DNA of 64,000 bases from positions 7,328,001 to 7,392,000 of the forward strand of contig CM000151.3 of assembly GCA_000004695.1 (NCBI GenBank), read 5' to 3'. A program made the translations under genes and the position numbers. Below are positions 32,384-52,969 of this stretch, in pieces (the stretch's first letter is position 1; every line of letters starts with the position of its first letter). This DNA is from Dictyostelium discoideum. Taxonomy: Eukaryota. Below the pieces are notes generated by a model, which saw only the letters and a list, made by a program, of their open reading frames with translations, did no database searches and was not told the DNA's origin.

Positions 32384-34187
32384 TTAGTTGGAAAAGATAT
32401 TGACAATATTTTTAGAAGAGGAAGAAGTTACAAAGAAATTTGAATTTGGTCTTGCCCATTTAAAGTCTAAACAATCTGAATCAATTGAATGAATAGAAGA
32501 GATTGGTGGTTTTTGTTTTGATTTGCAACTGTAAAGATTGATTTGATTGGAAGATGCTACACCAAGATATTGGCTAGAGTAATCGAAATTGATAGATTTA
32601 ATTTGTTGATTATCCAAAGTGATGGTTTGAATATCTGGTGAGTTTTTAGTGGCAGCTTTACGAAGATCAAATAATTTCACAGTGTTATTATCGGCTGCGG
32701 TTAAATAGTAACCATTCTCAGAGAAGGAGATACAATTGACAGCGGTTGAAAGACCTTGAAAGTTGAAACTGTTTACTTTACTCTTGAGATCAAAGATTTT
32801 GACCACACCATTTTGAGTACCGGCTGCGAAAAACATACCATCTGGGTGGAAGGCGACACTAGTGTAACAAAGTTGTTGAGATTGACCAAAGCTAGTCAAA
32901 TGAGTTCCATTGACAATATCGTACATATTCAATGATTTATCGAGTGAAGATGAAATTATATAATCTCCCAATACATGTAACGATATATCGGTGACACTAG
33001 CTTTATGGGCGAATTGATAAGTGGATTTATATTGAGTGTAGGTCTTTTTAGATGGACTTTCACCACCTTTTACAACTCTGATCACTGCATCGGAGCCTGC
33101 TGAAACTATGGTATTGTTTGGAGCAAACAATACTTTATTTATTGGTGCAGAACTTGTTCCTTTAATAGCTGTACAAAGTTCATTGGTTTCACGTGAATAA
33201 ACGTAGACATTACCATTGATACCACCCATTGCTATCAAATTATTGTCTTGGCTGTTTACTTCCAAGCTCTTAATTTGACAATCAGTTTCAACATTGGCAG
33301 AGACTTTAAATTGTTTAATAGCATCTGGTTCTGCTAAACTTTGATGAGTTCTTTCTTTTCTAGTTTTAATTAATTCTTCAGATTTTTCAGCAATTCTCTT
33401 ATAAATTGTTGAGTCTAATAAATTATCTTCTGATGATGATGGTGTTGATGCTGATGACATTTCAACATCTTTATTATTGTTGTTGTTGTTGTTGTTATTT
33501 GTTTGTTGTTGTTGTTGTTGTACTATATTACGAGCGTTTGCTAAAGCAGATCTTGCAGCATCTCTTTCTTTAACTAATCTAGCGATTACTCTACAGGCAG
33601 CATCATATTGATACATTGAATGTGCCAACTCTTGACGAACAGTTTCATGTTGTTGTTTCAATGTGAAGGTTTCCAACATTAAAGAATCCCATTCATTTTG
33701 AAACAATTGCAACATACTTGGAATACTAGTGGCAGTGGTTGGTCTTGGCTTTACTGTTTTTCCAATCTTTACAGTGATTAAATCACTCAAACCTAATGGT
33801 TCACCGGTTGTTGGCTCTTTACCATTTGTATCTATATATTTTTCAATCAATCTTTTTTCATAAACATTTCCAGTTTTTGTTGAAATTACTGGTTCTTCTG
33901 TTGTTGAACCCGAAACTAAAAAAAATGAAAAAAAAAAAATTGAAAATTAATAATTTAATTTTAAAGTTTTAAAAAAAAAAAATAATAATAATAAAATAAA
34001 ATAAAATAATAATAAAAAAATTAAACATAACAAATTGAATTAAATTAAAATTACCAAATAAAATTTTCTGTTTTTTAAAATAAAAGCAATGGAGAAAAAA
34101 AAAAAAATAAATAATAATAAAAAAACACTATATGAATATAAGGATATTATTTATTTATTTATTTGATTTTATTTATTTATTTAATTA

Positions 34188-34218
<31 letters not shown>

Positions 34219-34233
34219 TTTTATTTTATTTTA

Positions 34234-34265
<32 letters not shown>

Positions 34266-34414
34266 TTTTTTTTTTTTTTTCAAATATAAATTTTTTTTTT
34301 TTTTTCATTTTTTTTTTTTTTTTTAATGTGAAAATAGGTGTTGAGAAAACACAAACCAAAGAGATTAAAAAAAAAAAAAAAGAAAAAAAAATAATACTTA
34401 CTTGCACATATCAT
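32384..34414 (-). CDS. prp19: pre-mRNA-processing factor 19 (Prp19/NTC U-box E3 ligase with C-terminal WD40 repeats)
   Basis: Exons (minus) are 34414..34402 (a 13-nt micro-exon, ATG ATA TGT GCA A|gtaagt) and 33915..32384 (acceptor ..tttttttag, then TT TCG GGT..). Phase 1 is restored, giving MICA|ISGSTTEEPVISTKTGNVYEKRLIEKYIDTNGKEPTTGEPL.., which matches the Prp19 U-box N-terminus (yeast MLCAISG.., human ..ICSISNEVPE..). Further motifs: ..SIPSMLQLFQNEWDSLMLETFTLKQQHETVRQELAHSMYQYDAACRVIARL, the coiled coil and the WD40 repeats. Stop at 32386-32384. The inferred intron is ~486 nt. Confidence 0.7.
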
Positions 34415-34952
34415 TTTAATTGATAGTTTTTTTTGGTTGAGGGTTTAAAAGATCGGTTTATTTGATAGATTGGTGATGAGTTTGTGTGTTGTGATGGATG
34501 TTGTGGGAACTGATTAATGATATACGACAAAAATCATATAATTTTAATTATTATGAATTCACTTGGGTGAGAAAAAATTGATAATAGAAAAAAAAAAAAA
34601 AAAAAATTGGCTCAACCGTTAATTTTCAAAATTCAAAAAAAAAAAAAAAAAAATTATAAAAAAATTAAAAAAAATTAAAAAAAAATAAAATAAAAAATTG
34701 AAAAAAAAATAAAATTTTTTTTTTTTTTTTCAAAAAAGGGCACATTGTGTTTTTATTTTTTGCTCACAATAAAAAAAAATAAAAAAAAAGTGAGAATATG
34801 AGGATTGTTTAAAATCGCTAACTTTTTTTTTTTTTTCATGTGGAGTGTATTAATAAAAGAGCTATAATTACTTCATATGAAAAAGTAGGAAAAAAAAAAA
34901 AAAAATAAAAAAATAAATAAAATAAAATAAAATAAATAAAAAAAAAATAAAA

Positions 34953-34987
<35 letters not shown>

Positions 34988-35046
34988 CAATATAAATAGC
35001 ATATCATGATATTTTGTATTTGATTATTATTATTTTATTTTTATTA

Positions 35047-35111
<65 letters not shown>

Positions 35112-35389
35112 ATTTTTGTTTTGTTTTATTATGTTTGACTTTTTTTTTTTTTTTTTTTTTTTGGTCAATCCTCGCTTTTTTTTTTTTTTTTGGATTAGCC
35201 AAAAAAAAAAGTTGGGTTGAGTTGGCGTTACTAGGAAAAGTGAACCCTTCAAAATTGTCATTTTTTTTTATTTTTTTGGCGAATTCTGTTCAAAAAAAAT
35301 CTTTTTTTTGTTTTTTTTTTATTTTTTTTATTTTTTTTATTTTTTGTATTTTTTTTTTTTTTTTTTTTTTTGGCAAAAAATTCGTATAA

Positions 35390-35429
<40 letters not shown>

Positions 35430-35487
35430 ATAATAATAATAGTAATATTATAGTAAATAAAAAAAAAAAAAAAAACAAAAACATATT

Positions 35488-35518
<31 letters not shown>

Positions 35519-35682
35519 CAAGAAATTTACACATTAAAACTGTTATTATTACTGTACCACCAATTGTGTTATTTTTGATGACCTAAAAAAATAAATAAAA
35601 AAAAAATAAAAAAAAAAAATAATAATAAAAAATCATAAGAATAAAAAAAGCATAATAATAAAAAAAGCATAATAATAATAAC

Positions 35683-35775
<93 letters not shown>

Positions 35776-35808
35776 TAAAAAAGTAATAAAAAAAGAAGAA
35801 AAAAGAAA

Positions 35809-38166
<2,358 letters not shown>

Positions 38167-38503
38167 AATTAATTTAAAATCAGTTAGTTTCTAAAAAAAA
38201 AAAAAAAAAAAAAAATAAAAAAAAAAATATTTTAATTTTATTATTTTATTTTACAACCAACAAAAAAATATCTTTTTTTTTTTTTTTTTTCATCTCTAAT
38301 ACTTTCATTTCAAAATATCTTTTTTTTTTTTTTTTTTTTATTTAATTTTTATTTTTATTTTTTTTTATTTTTTTTTTTTTTAAGCAATCCGAAAAAAAAA
38401 AAAAAAAAAAAAAACCAAAAAAAAAAAAAAAAAAATATAAATAAATCATCCCCCAAAAAATAAAAATAAAATAGAATAAAAATAGAATAAAATAAAATAA
38501 AAT

Positions 38504-42032
<3,529 letters not shown>

Positions 42033-42080
42033 AGTAATAATAATAATAAAAATAATAATAATTAATAAAAATAATAATAA

Positions 42081-42157
<77 letters not shown>

Positions 42158-42755
42158 TTTTTTTATTTTTTTTTTTTATTTATTTTTTTTATTTTTATTT
42201 GTTTTTTTAATTTTTTTAATTATTATTATTATTATTTTTTATTTTTTATTTTTTTGGAAAAAAATTATCTATTTTTTAAATTATTTTTAATTTATTGATT
42301 GACATTTGTGTCTATTTTTTGACAATTTTTTTCTATTTTTTTTTTTTTTTTTTTTAAAATTTAAAATTAGTAACCCAATTGCAAATTCCAAAAAAAGAAA
42401 AAATGGAAAAAAAAAAAGTTGGAAAAAAAAAAAAGTTGGAAAAAAAAAAAGTTGGAAAAAAAAAAACTTGAAAAATTAAAGTTTATTTTTTTGACAATTA
42501 ATTTCTATTTTTTAATCTTTTTTTTTATCTTTTTATTTATTTATTTTTTTTTTTAAACATAAATATAAGCTTTTTATTTATTTATTTATTTTTATTTTTT
42601 TTTTTTTTTTTATTAGTTATAATAACAATTTAAACAAAGCGCATTTTTTTTTTATTTTTTATTTTTTTTTTTTTTCGAGCAGTTTTAATTTTTAGAAGTT
42701 TTTTTTTTTTATTTTATTTTATTTTTTTTTTTTTCAATTTCGACGTTTTTTTTTT

Positions 42756-42788
<33 letters not shown>

Positions 42789-42886
42789 CTTTTTTATTTT
42801 TTATTTATTATTTATTTGTTGTGCTAGTATTATTTTTATTATAGATAATAGAATACAGCCTTCATATATTATAATATAGCGAAAAA

Positions 42887-44150
42887 ATGAATCATTCAAG
42901 TAAAAAAAATAAAAATCGTATTCTTAGAAATAAAGCTAGAATATATTGTGATGTAAATCTTCACAAACCAAAGGAATATTGGAACTATGAAGCTTTAAAT
43001 GTTAAATGGGAGTATGTTGTTTAAAAATAAAACAAAATAATATAAGAATAAAAAAAAAAATAACAAAGTAAAAACAAAAGAATCAAAAAAATTGATATTA
43101 TAATTATAAAAAAATTATAATATACACAAAAAACTATAAAAGTGAAAAAATAAATAATTATAATAATTAATAAAATAAATAATAATAAAAGTAATAATAA
43201 TAATAATAATAATAATAAAATTAAAATAATAATAATTAATAATAATAAAATAATAATAATAAAAATTAATAATAATTGTAATAATAATCAATTGGTGAAG
43301 TGAATGAATCAACTATAAATAAAAAAGAGGGATATAATTTTAAAATAATAAAAATAAAACAGTGTGTGGAAGAACAAAAATTTTTTTTTTTTCTATAAAA
43401 ATAGAAATAATTTAAAAAAAGAAAATAAGAAAAAAAAAAAAAAAAAATAATAATAATTTATATTTTTATTAATTATTTATTTATATATTTAGAACTCAAG
43501 ATGATTATGAAATTATTAGAAAAATAGGTAGAGGTAAATATTCAGAAGTATTTGAAGGTGCCAACATTAAAAACAATGAAAAATGTGTAATTAAAGTATT
43601 GAAACCAGTTAAAAAGAAGAAGATTAAGAGAGAGATTAAGATTCTTCAAAATCTTTGTGGTGGACCAAATATCATTACATTATATGATGTCGTTAGAGAT
43701 CCACAATCAAAGACACCAAGCTTAATTTTTGAGTATATCAACAATACCGATTTCAAACATCTCTCACCAACACTCACCGATTTCGATGTAAGATATTACA
43801 TTAGAGAATTATTACACGCATTGGATTTTTGTCATTCAAACGGTATCATGCATAGAGATGTTAAACCATCAAACGTTATGATTGATCATCAAAAAAGAAA
43901 ATTGTATCTCATCGATTGGGGTCTTGCCGAATTTTATCATCCAAATCAAGATTACAACGTTAGAGTTGCTTCTCGTCCATACAAAGGACCAGAATTATTG
44001 GTTGATATGGAAGATTATGATTATAGTCTTGATATGTGGAGTCTTGGTTGTATGTTTGCTGGTATGGTAAGTAAAATTAATAATAAATAATTAAATATAT
44101 ATATATATAGATATATAAATGTAGTACATACAATTTATTAATTAATCATT

Positions 44151-44229
<79 letters not shown>

Positions 44230-44679
44230 TTTGTTGGTTTATTTTAGCTCTTCCAAAAAGATCCATTCTTCCATGGTCATGATAATATTGATCAATTAGT
44301 AAAGATTGTAAAGATTTTAGGTACAGAAGAATTTTATGCCTATTTAGATAAATATGGTATCGTTGTTGATCATACTATCCTTAGTATCATTGGAAAGTAA
44401 GTATAATAATGAAAATAAGTTAACAGATCAGAAGGGAAGATTATTAGTTTAAAAACACTCTTTTAGCAATTTTTATTAACCACACATAATTATCACTATT
44501 TTTAAAATAATAGACATCCAAAGAAACCATGGTCAAGATTTATTACCAAAGAAAACCAACATCTTGCAGTACCAGAGGCCATTGACTTTTTGGAAAAATT
44601 ATTACGTTATGACCCAGCCGAAAGATTAACTACAAGAGAAGCTATGGAACACCCATACTTTAAACCATTATCTCATTAA
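42887..44679 (+). CDS. casK: casein kinase II catalytic subunit alpha, 337 aa
   Basis: Exons 42887..43011, 43493..44066, 44248..44396 and 44514..44679. Exon 1 is [42 protein letters not shown], whose last codon is split as ga|gtatgt; intron 1 (481 nt) ends ..atatatttag. Exon 2 is [98 protein letters not shown]|gtaagt. Exon 3 is [33 protein letters not shown] + aa|gtaagt. Exon 4 is [55 protein letters not shown]. Near-collinear with human CSNK2A1. Confidence 0.85.
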
Positions 44680-44743
44680 ATAATTATATAATCATAATTA
44701 AAATAATAACAACTGATATTAATTTCCCAACAAGAAATTAAAA

Positions 44744-44935
44744 TCAAAAATCAAAATCAAAATCAATACCAATACCAATACCAAAATCAAAATCAAAATC
44801 AAAATCAAAATCAAAATCAAAATCAAAACTAAAACTAAAACAAAAACAAAAACAAAAACAAAAACAAAAACAAAAACAAAAACAAAAACAAAAACAAAAA
44901 CAAAAACAAAAACAAAACAAAAACAAAATTAAAAT
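44744..44935. repeat. compound hexanucleotide microsatellite (AAAATC)n-(AAAACT)n-(AAAACA)n downstream of the CK2-alpha gene
   Basis: Direct tandem copies of aatcaa/aaatca, then aaacta, then about 17 copies of aaacaa, visible at 44744-44935. Confidence 0.9.
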
Positions 44936-45452
44936 CCAAACTTCCACTTTCATTTCATTACCACCAAAAAATTAAAAAAAAAAAAAAAAAAAGAACCACA
45001 GTACAAATCAAACAACAATACAACTCTTTTAAATACCTAATATTATATTAATATCAAAAGCTATATAATACGTACGCTCCAAACAACAAAGAAAAAAAGA
45101 AAAAAAAAAGGAAAAAAAGGAAAAAAAAAAAAAAAAAGAAAAAAAACTAATTATAACTATGACTTCCATTTTTTAAATAAAAAAAAAAAAAAAAAATTAA
45201 AAAAATAAAAAATACTATTAAAAAAAAAAAAAATATATATAATTAATTAAAAATAACATAGGGGTGTGGTTAATTGTAAAAAAAAGTATTATTCAATTCA
45301 TTCATGGTTTATAATTTTTATTTTTTTTTGTAATCTATTTATAATTTTTTATATCTTTTTTTTTTTCCAATATCCACTCACTTATTAAATTGTAATAAAT
45401 AATAATAATAAAAATAGAAATTAATAAAAAAAAAAAAAAAAAAAAAAAAAAA

Positions 45453-46640
45453 ATGAATATTGATAAAATAAAAATATTTAAATATTTTTTTTTATTAATA
45501 TTATTATTTATTTTAATTTTTATTAATGATATTAAATTTATTGAAAGTTTAACAGGATGTGAACATTTAACATCAGATTTATGTTTAGCTGCATATCCAA
45601 TGTGTATGTCATTGATATTAACTAGTTGTTGTCCTGGACAAATTTCATTATGTTTAGATATTGATACAGTTATTAAATATTTAACAAATAAAGAATTATT
45701 TTTAAAAGCATGTTTAAGGAATTTAAATAGTGGTGTTTTGTATGAGTTATGGGGTGATATGGATCCAATACCTGGTTTTGAAATTATACCAATACCAAAT
45801 AAAACATGTTTAGATTTAGGTTGTGAAAATAAAGGTTTAGATTGTGTTTTAAAACCAGTTACAAATTGTATTTCTCCACATCAGTCTTCATGTTGTGCAT
45901 CTGAGCCAACTTGTTCTAATTTTTCAAATATAATTAATTTAAATGAACATGTTTATGGTAATGAAAATTGTGCTAATGAATGTCCAGATGGGTATCTTTG
46001 TCGTTTTGTAAATAATAGTAATTCTTGTTTACCATCATCTTGTGATTATTTAAATTGTCCAATTGGTACTGAATGTAAATTATTAAAAGGTTTAGATGTA
46101 GTAAGTTGTTTTAAAATTATTGAAATTGATAAAGGTAATTATATATTTTAATAATAATTATTATTATTATCTAAAATTAATTTTTTTTTTTTTTTTTTTT
46201 TAGGAATTGATAATAAAGATTGTAGTAATGTTGTTTGTCCAGATGGTTTTGTATGTGGTAGTGCAAGTCCAACAAATTTCTCATGTGTACCACCTATAGA
46301 TTCATTTATTTTAGATTTATTCGATTGTTCAATATGTCCAAAAAATTGGGTTTGTCACAAATATGGATGGTCTGGATTTTGTGTAGAATTTAATAAAGAT
46401 ACACCTATGATTGAAAATCCATGTATTGATGGTTCTTGTTTAGATTTTCAATTTTGTAATAAAACTTCACAAAGATGCGAATTTGAAAGATGTTCACCAA
46501 CAACATGTCACCCTCAAATGATATGTTTCCAATATCACCCATCATCACCTCGTGTTTGTACTGGTTCCGAAATTATATCTCAAATATATGCACCAATAAC
46601 ATTAGGAGAGTTTAATCCAACATTTGAAGATCTAGAATAA
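45453..46640 (+). CDS. secreted cysteine-rich protein, paralog A (signal peptide; repeated C-x-CP-x-G-x-C modules)
   Basis: Exons 45453..46134 and 46204..46640. Exon 1 ends ..IEIDK + g|gtaatt (phase 1); the intron ends ..tttttttag; exon 2 starts GA ATT GAT.. Signal peptide FFLLILLFILIFIN. Motifs: SLTGCEHLTSDLCLAAYPMCMSLILTSCCPGQ, CPDGYLC, CPDGFVC, CPKNWVC, ..CNKTSQRCEFERC.. Stop at 46638-46640. Confidence 0.7.
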
Positions 46641-47326
46641 CTTTAAAATTTATTTATTTATTTATATTATTTTTATTTATATAATAATATTAATATCTAT
46701 TATCTACTTTTTTATTTTTTTTTTTATATTCTTTTTTATTTAAATAGTATAATAAATTTTTTTTTTTTTCTTTTATAATTTAAATTACATTTTTTAAAAT
46801 TTAATTAGTATATAATAATAATAATAGTAATTTTTAAAATTTAATTAGTATATAATAATAAATAAATTAAATTAAGCGGCCAGGTCCCCATATTAAAATT
46901 TATATGGGCATGGGTTTGGGGAAATTTTTTTTTTTTTTTTTTCAAATATACCAAGATAGTTTGGGGTAGGAATAGGAGAAAAAAGTGCTTACCTTTTAAT
47001 ACCAAATAATAAAAAATTTATTTGATTGTTTGAGATTAAAAATAAAAAAATTAAAAATACAAATAAAAATTAAACACACTGGGTGTTAAAATCAAAAACA
47101 AAAAAAAAAAAAACATTATTTTACATAAACTTTATTTTTTTTTTATTTTTTTTTTTTATTTTTTTTTTTATTTTGGAAATTTTTAAAATTATTTATTAAC
47201 ACACAAACAATAAAACACACTGGGATTATCATCATTATCACTATCATTATTATTATTATTATTATTATAATTGTTTTTTTATTTATTAATAGAATTTGAC
47301 AACAATGAAAATAAAATTAAAAATAA

Positions 47327-48634
<1,308 letters not shown>

Positions 48635-48659
48635 ATATAATAATTATTGAGTATTTTAT

Positions 48660-50519
48660 TTATTTATTTAAAATTTTAAAAATATTTTCAGGTATTATTA
48701 TATTCATTGAAAAAATTTTATCTTTTAAAATCTTTGAATAACTACTATTTAATAATGAATCAAATATATCATTTCTATAATTATCAGTTATATATTCTAT
48801 TGAAGATTCTTGAATTACTTTTAATTCACCATATTTTGTTATTTTAACATTTTTAAGCAATTCAACAGTTTCTAAATTACCAGATTTTATAGCATTATTA
48901 ATTGCATCTCTGGAAATACCAATTTTTAAAGTTGGTTCATTTTCTATGAATAATTTAGCAAGTTCAGTTTGTCCATTTAAACAAACTCTATCTAATGACC
49001 TATAGGTTAATTGAATTGGTGAGAGTGTATCTGGATTTTCAATTCTTTTTTGAATTATATATTTTACAAATTCTTTATCATCACAATAAGAGTTTGTTAA
49101 ATAAACATCTAAAAATTGAATACGACCATCTATATTTTCAAGATAAATATTTGATAAATGTTCTAAAGAGTATTTAACAATTTGATAACTAGAATTTAAA
49201 TTTATAATTCCTTTTCCTTTAAAATGGGATTGATTTTTTGGATCTACAATAAATTTAAATGTATCAAAATCCTTTGATATTTTGGTAGTATACAATAATA
49301 AATATCCTCTATCAAATGATAAATTTGGAGTGAATGAATTTTTATTTTCAATTAAATAGATTAAACTTTTTAAATTTGCAATTTTTTTAATTTGTGAAGA
49401 TTCTGCATCAAGTCTTTTTGGTAATCCCTTTTCATCACAATATTCAATAACTTGATAGTAATATTCAATAGATAATTGATTTAAATAAAAGAATTTATTA
49501 ATTTGTTCGAATTCATTAAATCTAATATTATTATTTTTAACCAATTTAATAAATACTGAAATTGAATTTTTTAAAGATTTATAAATTATATCTAATACAC
49601 CATCACTAAGTATAGAATTATTTGAAGTTATAATTGAAAAATTTTCAATTTCCTTTTCATTAGTACATTGAAAATTTTTAAATTCTTTAATATATAATTC
49701 TGTCATCTCTAAATTACCAGTTTTAATTAATTTTCCTAAAAGTCTTGCAATATTAATTTCTGATCTTTTTAAATCATTTAAACATAATTTAAATAATCTT
49801 TCATGGTATTCAATTTCACATGTAGAATCTAAACTTTGTAATAGTACTTCATGTGATAATTCTATTTCTTTATTTATTGATTTGTTAGTTTCTTTTTTAA
49901 AAGTTTCAATTAAATAATTTAATGTTTCTAATCTAGTTGATGAGTTTGAGTTTAAATTAAAAGTAGAGGTAGAAGAGGATGGATTAAAATTAGAGGAAGA
50001 AGAAGAGGAAGAGGAGGAAGAAGAAGAAATTGAATTATATATTTTATTTTTACTTAAAAATAAAATATAAGATTCTAAATTTGTCATATATTTTTTTTCA
50101 TCTATTATATTTGAAAGAATAAATATTTTTAATGAACGTTGTTCAATTAAATATTGAATAATTTTAATATCATCTGAAAATAAAAAATACCATTTCATTA
50201 ATCTTTCTGTCTTATTTTCATAATAATCCAAGTTATCACAATATAAAGTTTTAAACATTTCATATGTTATTGTACTTGCATCTTCAATCATAAAATATAA
50301 AATACTATCATATTCATTTTTAATACTATTTTCATTGGTAATTGATTTATTGTAAACATATGATTGATAATATTGACTTAATAATTTTTTATCTTTTAAA
50401 ATAACTGATATTGGTTTTCTCTTTAATGATGTAAACCCAAATCTACTATTCTTTACATAACTAAAAATTTTTTTAAATAAAAACATATTTCTAAATATTT
50501 TAAAAAATAAAGTATCCAT
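48660..50519 (-). CDS. hypothetical protein, 619 aa, lineage-specific with Ser-run and possible ankyrin-like C-terminal repeat; no confident family assignment
   Basis: Uninterrupted minus-strand ORF from ATG at 50519 to stop at 48662-48660. Codon usage is typical of its neighbours. Contains a polySer tract and the segment ..AINNAIKSGNLETVELL.. Confidence 0.55.
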   Translation of the reverse strand: MDTLFFKIFRNMFLFKKIFSYVKNSRFGFTSLKRKPISVILKDKKLLSQYYQSYVYNKSITNENSIKNEYDSILYFMIEDASTITYEMFKTLYCDNLDYYENKTERLMKWYFLFSDDIKIIQYLIEQRSLKIFILSNIIDEKKYMTNLESYILFLSKNKIYNSISSSSSSSSSSSSNFNPSSSTSTFNLNSNSSTRLETLNYLIETFKKETNKSINKEIELSHEVLLQSLDSTCEIEYHERLFKLCLNDLKRSEINIARLLGKLIKTGNLEMTELYIKEFKNFQCTNEKEIENFSIITSNNSILSDGVLDIIYKSLKNSISVFIKLVKNNNIRFNEFEQINKFFYLNQLSIEYYYQVIEYCDEKGLPKRLDAESSQIKKIANLKSLIYLIENKNSFTPNLSFDRGYLLLYTTKISKDFDTFKFIVDPKNQSHFKGKGIINLNSSYQIVKYSLEHLSNIYLENIDGRIQFLDVYLTNSYCDDKEFVKYIIQKRIENPDTLSPIQLTYRSLDRVCLNGQTELAKLFIENEPTLKIGISRDAINNAIKSGNLETVELLKNVKITKYGELKVIQESSIEYITDNYRNDIFDSLLNSSYSKILKDKIFSMNIIIPENIFKILNK

Positions 50520-50785
50520 ATTTTTCTTTTTTTTTTTTTTATATTAAAATATGTATTTGATTAATCAAAAAAAAAATAATATAAAAAAAAAAAAATTAGA
50601 TATTTTCAGTGTTTTTTCCCTAAAAATTTTTTTTTAATGACACTGGATTTTTTTAAAAAAAAAAAAAAAAAAATGGATATTTTATTTTTAGAATATAACT
50701 ATTTGAAATTAATTTTTTGTCTAATTGTTTTTATTTTGAAGAATAAAGAGTAGGGAATATATTTTATATAAAAAAATAGATTTTT

Positions 50786-50827
<42 letters not shown>

Positions 50828-51010
50828 TAGTTGAACTTAATAAGTAAAAAATAAAAAAAATATTCAAATTGTATTTTTATAAGCAGGAATGAAAAAAAAA
50901 AAAACAATCTAGATTTGAAAAACTAAAATAAAAAAAAAAAAACAAAACAATCTAGATTTATTATATTACATTTACAATTTTTTTTTTTATTATATTTTAT
51001 ATAATATTTA

Positions 51011-51150
<140 letters not shown>

Positions 51151-51193
51151 TTTATTTTATTTTATTTTATTTTATTTTTATTATTATTTTATT

Positions 51194-52932
51194 TTATTTT
51201 CCAACTTTATAATATTTCATCATTTGAACTAACATTACTAAAACTGGAGGAACATCACCTTCAATGATCCATTCACCACCACCACCAGAGGAAGAAACTA
51301 AAAAATGTCTAGATAAAGTCCAAGAATATTGAGTTCTAATTGGGAAATTATCAACTATATATTGTTTTTGTTGTGATTGATAGAGATATTTTAAGTAAGG
51401 TTCTTTTGAAGTTTTAGAGTCATCACCATACCAAGTTAACCAAACACCATTCCATCTTCCTCTACCATAAGAGACTTGAGTGGTTGGAGATGGAGTTAAA
51501 GTGCAACCATCCCATTGATAGTGTAAACTTTTACCATTATCCCAACAGGAGCTCGTTAGTTTACCATCACAATAGATCCATTCTTCGTCTGCATATCTAA
51601 AGGAGCCACCTTTATGATTTGTTTTATTCAATTGTAGATATTGTTCCTTTAGGGATAAGTCCATTGAAGATTTAAAGTTTGAATTTGAAACACCATCGAA
51701 AGCCAATATCCAACCGATCATATCTTCAGAGGTTTCGAAACAAAAGGTTATTGATTTAACTTTATTACTATTGCTAATTGCACTACCACTACTACTACCA
51801 CCGCCAACGCCGCCGCCGCCACCACTTCCTCCATTTAAATTCAATGAACTTAGACTACCAGTACTTAAACTCCATTCTTCAGTGATTTCATTACCACCGA
51901 TACCATTAACACCGCCACCACCAATTCCATTCAAAGTTGCATCGAAATTGATAGTGAAACCATTTGAAAAGCCATCTTTTGAAGGTAACTGAATTACAGA
52001 GATTTGAGTTGTTTCATTCAATGGTTTTCTAATTAAAAGTTGATCTTCACGTTCACTAGAGTAAATTAATAGTTCACCATGTGATAATACCACCCATTTC
52101 GATGAGAATTTAGTACCCAAGGTTCTACTCTTCTTTATGGTGATATAACCTTTTTTATAGATTTGACCATTGATATGTGGTAATAAACCAGTTGATAATC
52201 CCATTGTTATTGTCATCTCTAATGGAATCGACATTATCTCTGTTGGTACAATACCGCTTTGTATAAACTTTGAAATGCTCGATATTATTGAATACAAAAT
52301 ATAAGTACGCTTTATTGATACATTCGCTTTAAAAATCTCCATCTTTAAATATAATATCTTTTTTGCCAATAAAAATGTTTTTTTCTCCATTTCATCAATC
52401 ATCATTGATTCTAATTCTGATTCACTCATTACATCAAATCCAAAATTAAATTGTTTTAAAATTTCCATTATTACTAATATATCATGTTTTGCTTTTAATC
52501 TTTTTTCAATTTTTTCAATTTCTTCTTGATTATTATTATTATTAGAATCATTTTGTGTTATTGGTGGAGTTGTTGGTGAATTTAAATTTGATGTTGAATT
52601 TGTTGTTGTTGTAGTTGTTGTAGTTGTAGTTGTTGTTGTTGTTGTTGTTGTAGTTGTTGTAATTGTGTTTAAAGTTTTTTGGTTTGCACTTAAGGTTGAA
52701 AGAATAAATTCAATATCTTTACCAGCCATTTCTTTACACTTTACAATATCAAAATCAGATGGTACGTCCCATGATTTCTCTGAACTTGGTTTTGAAATAA
52801 TTGAAATTGTTGATTTATAAGAATTTGATGATACTGTACTTGATGTTGATGAATTTAATTGACCATTATTATTATTATTATTGTTATTATTATTATTATT
52901 ATTATTGTTATTTGTATTAGTTGTTGTTTGGC

Positions 52933-52969
<37 letters not shown>

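Noticed and set aside
34430-34560. GT-rich segment (gagtttgtgtgttgtgatggatgttgtggg) just upstream of the PRP19 ATG, considered as a possible small RNA or tRNA
   Set aside because: No tRNA-like A/B box spacing or cloverleaf. It is more plausibly part of the PRP19 promoter, and the sequence alone is insufficient to call a feature.
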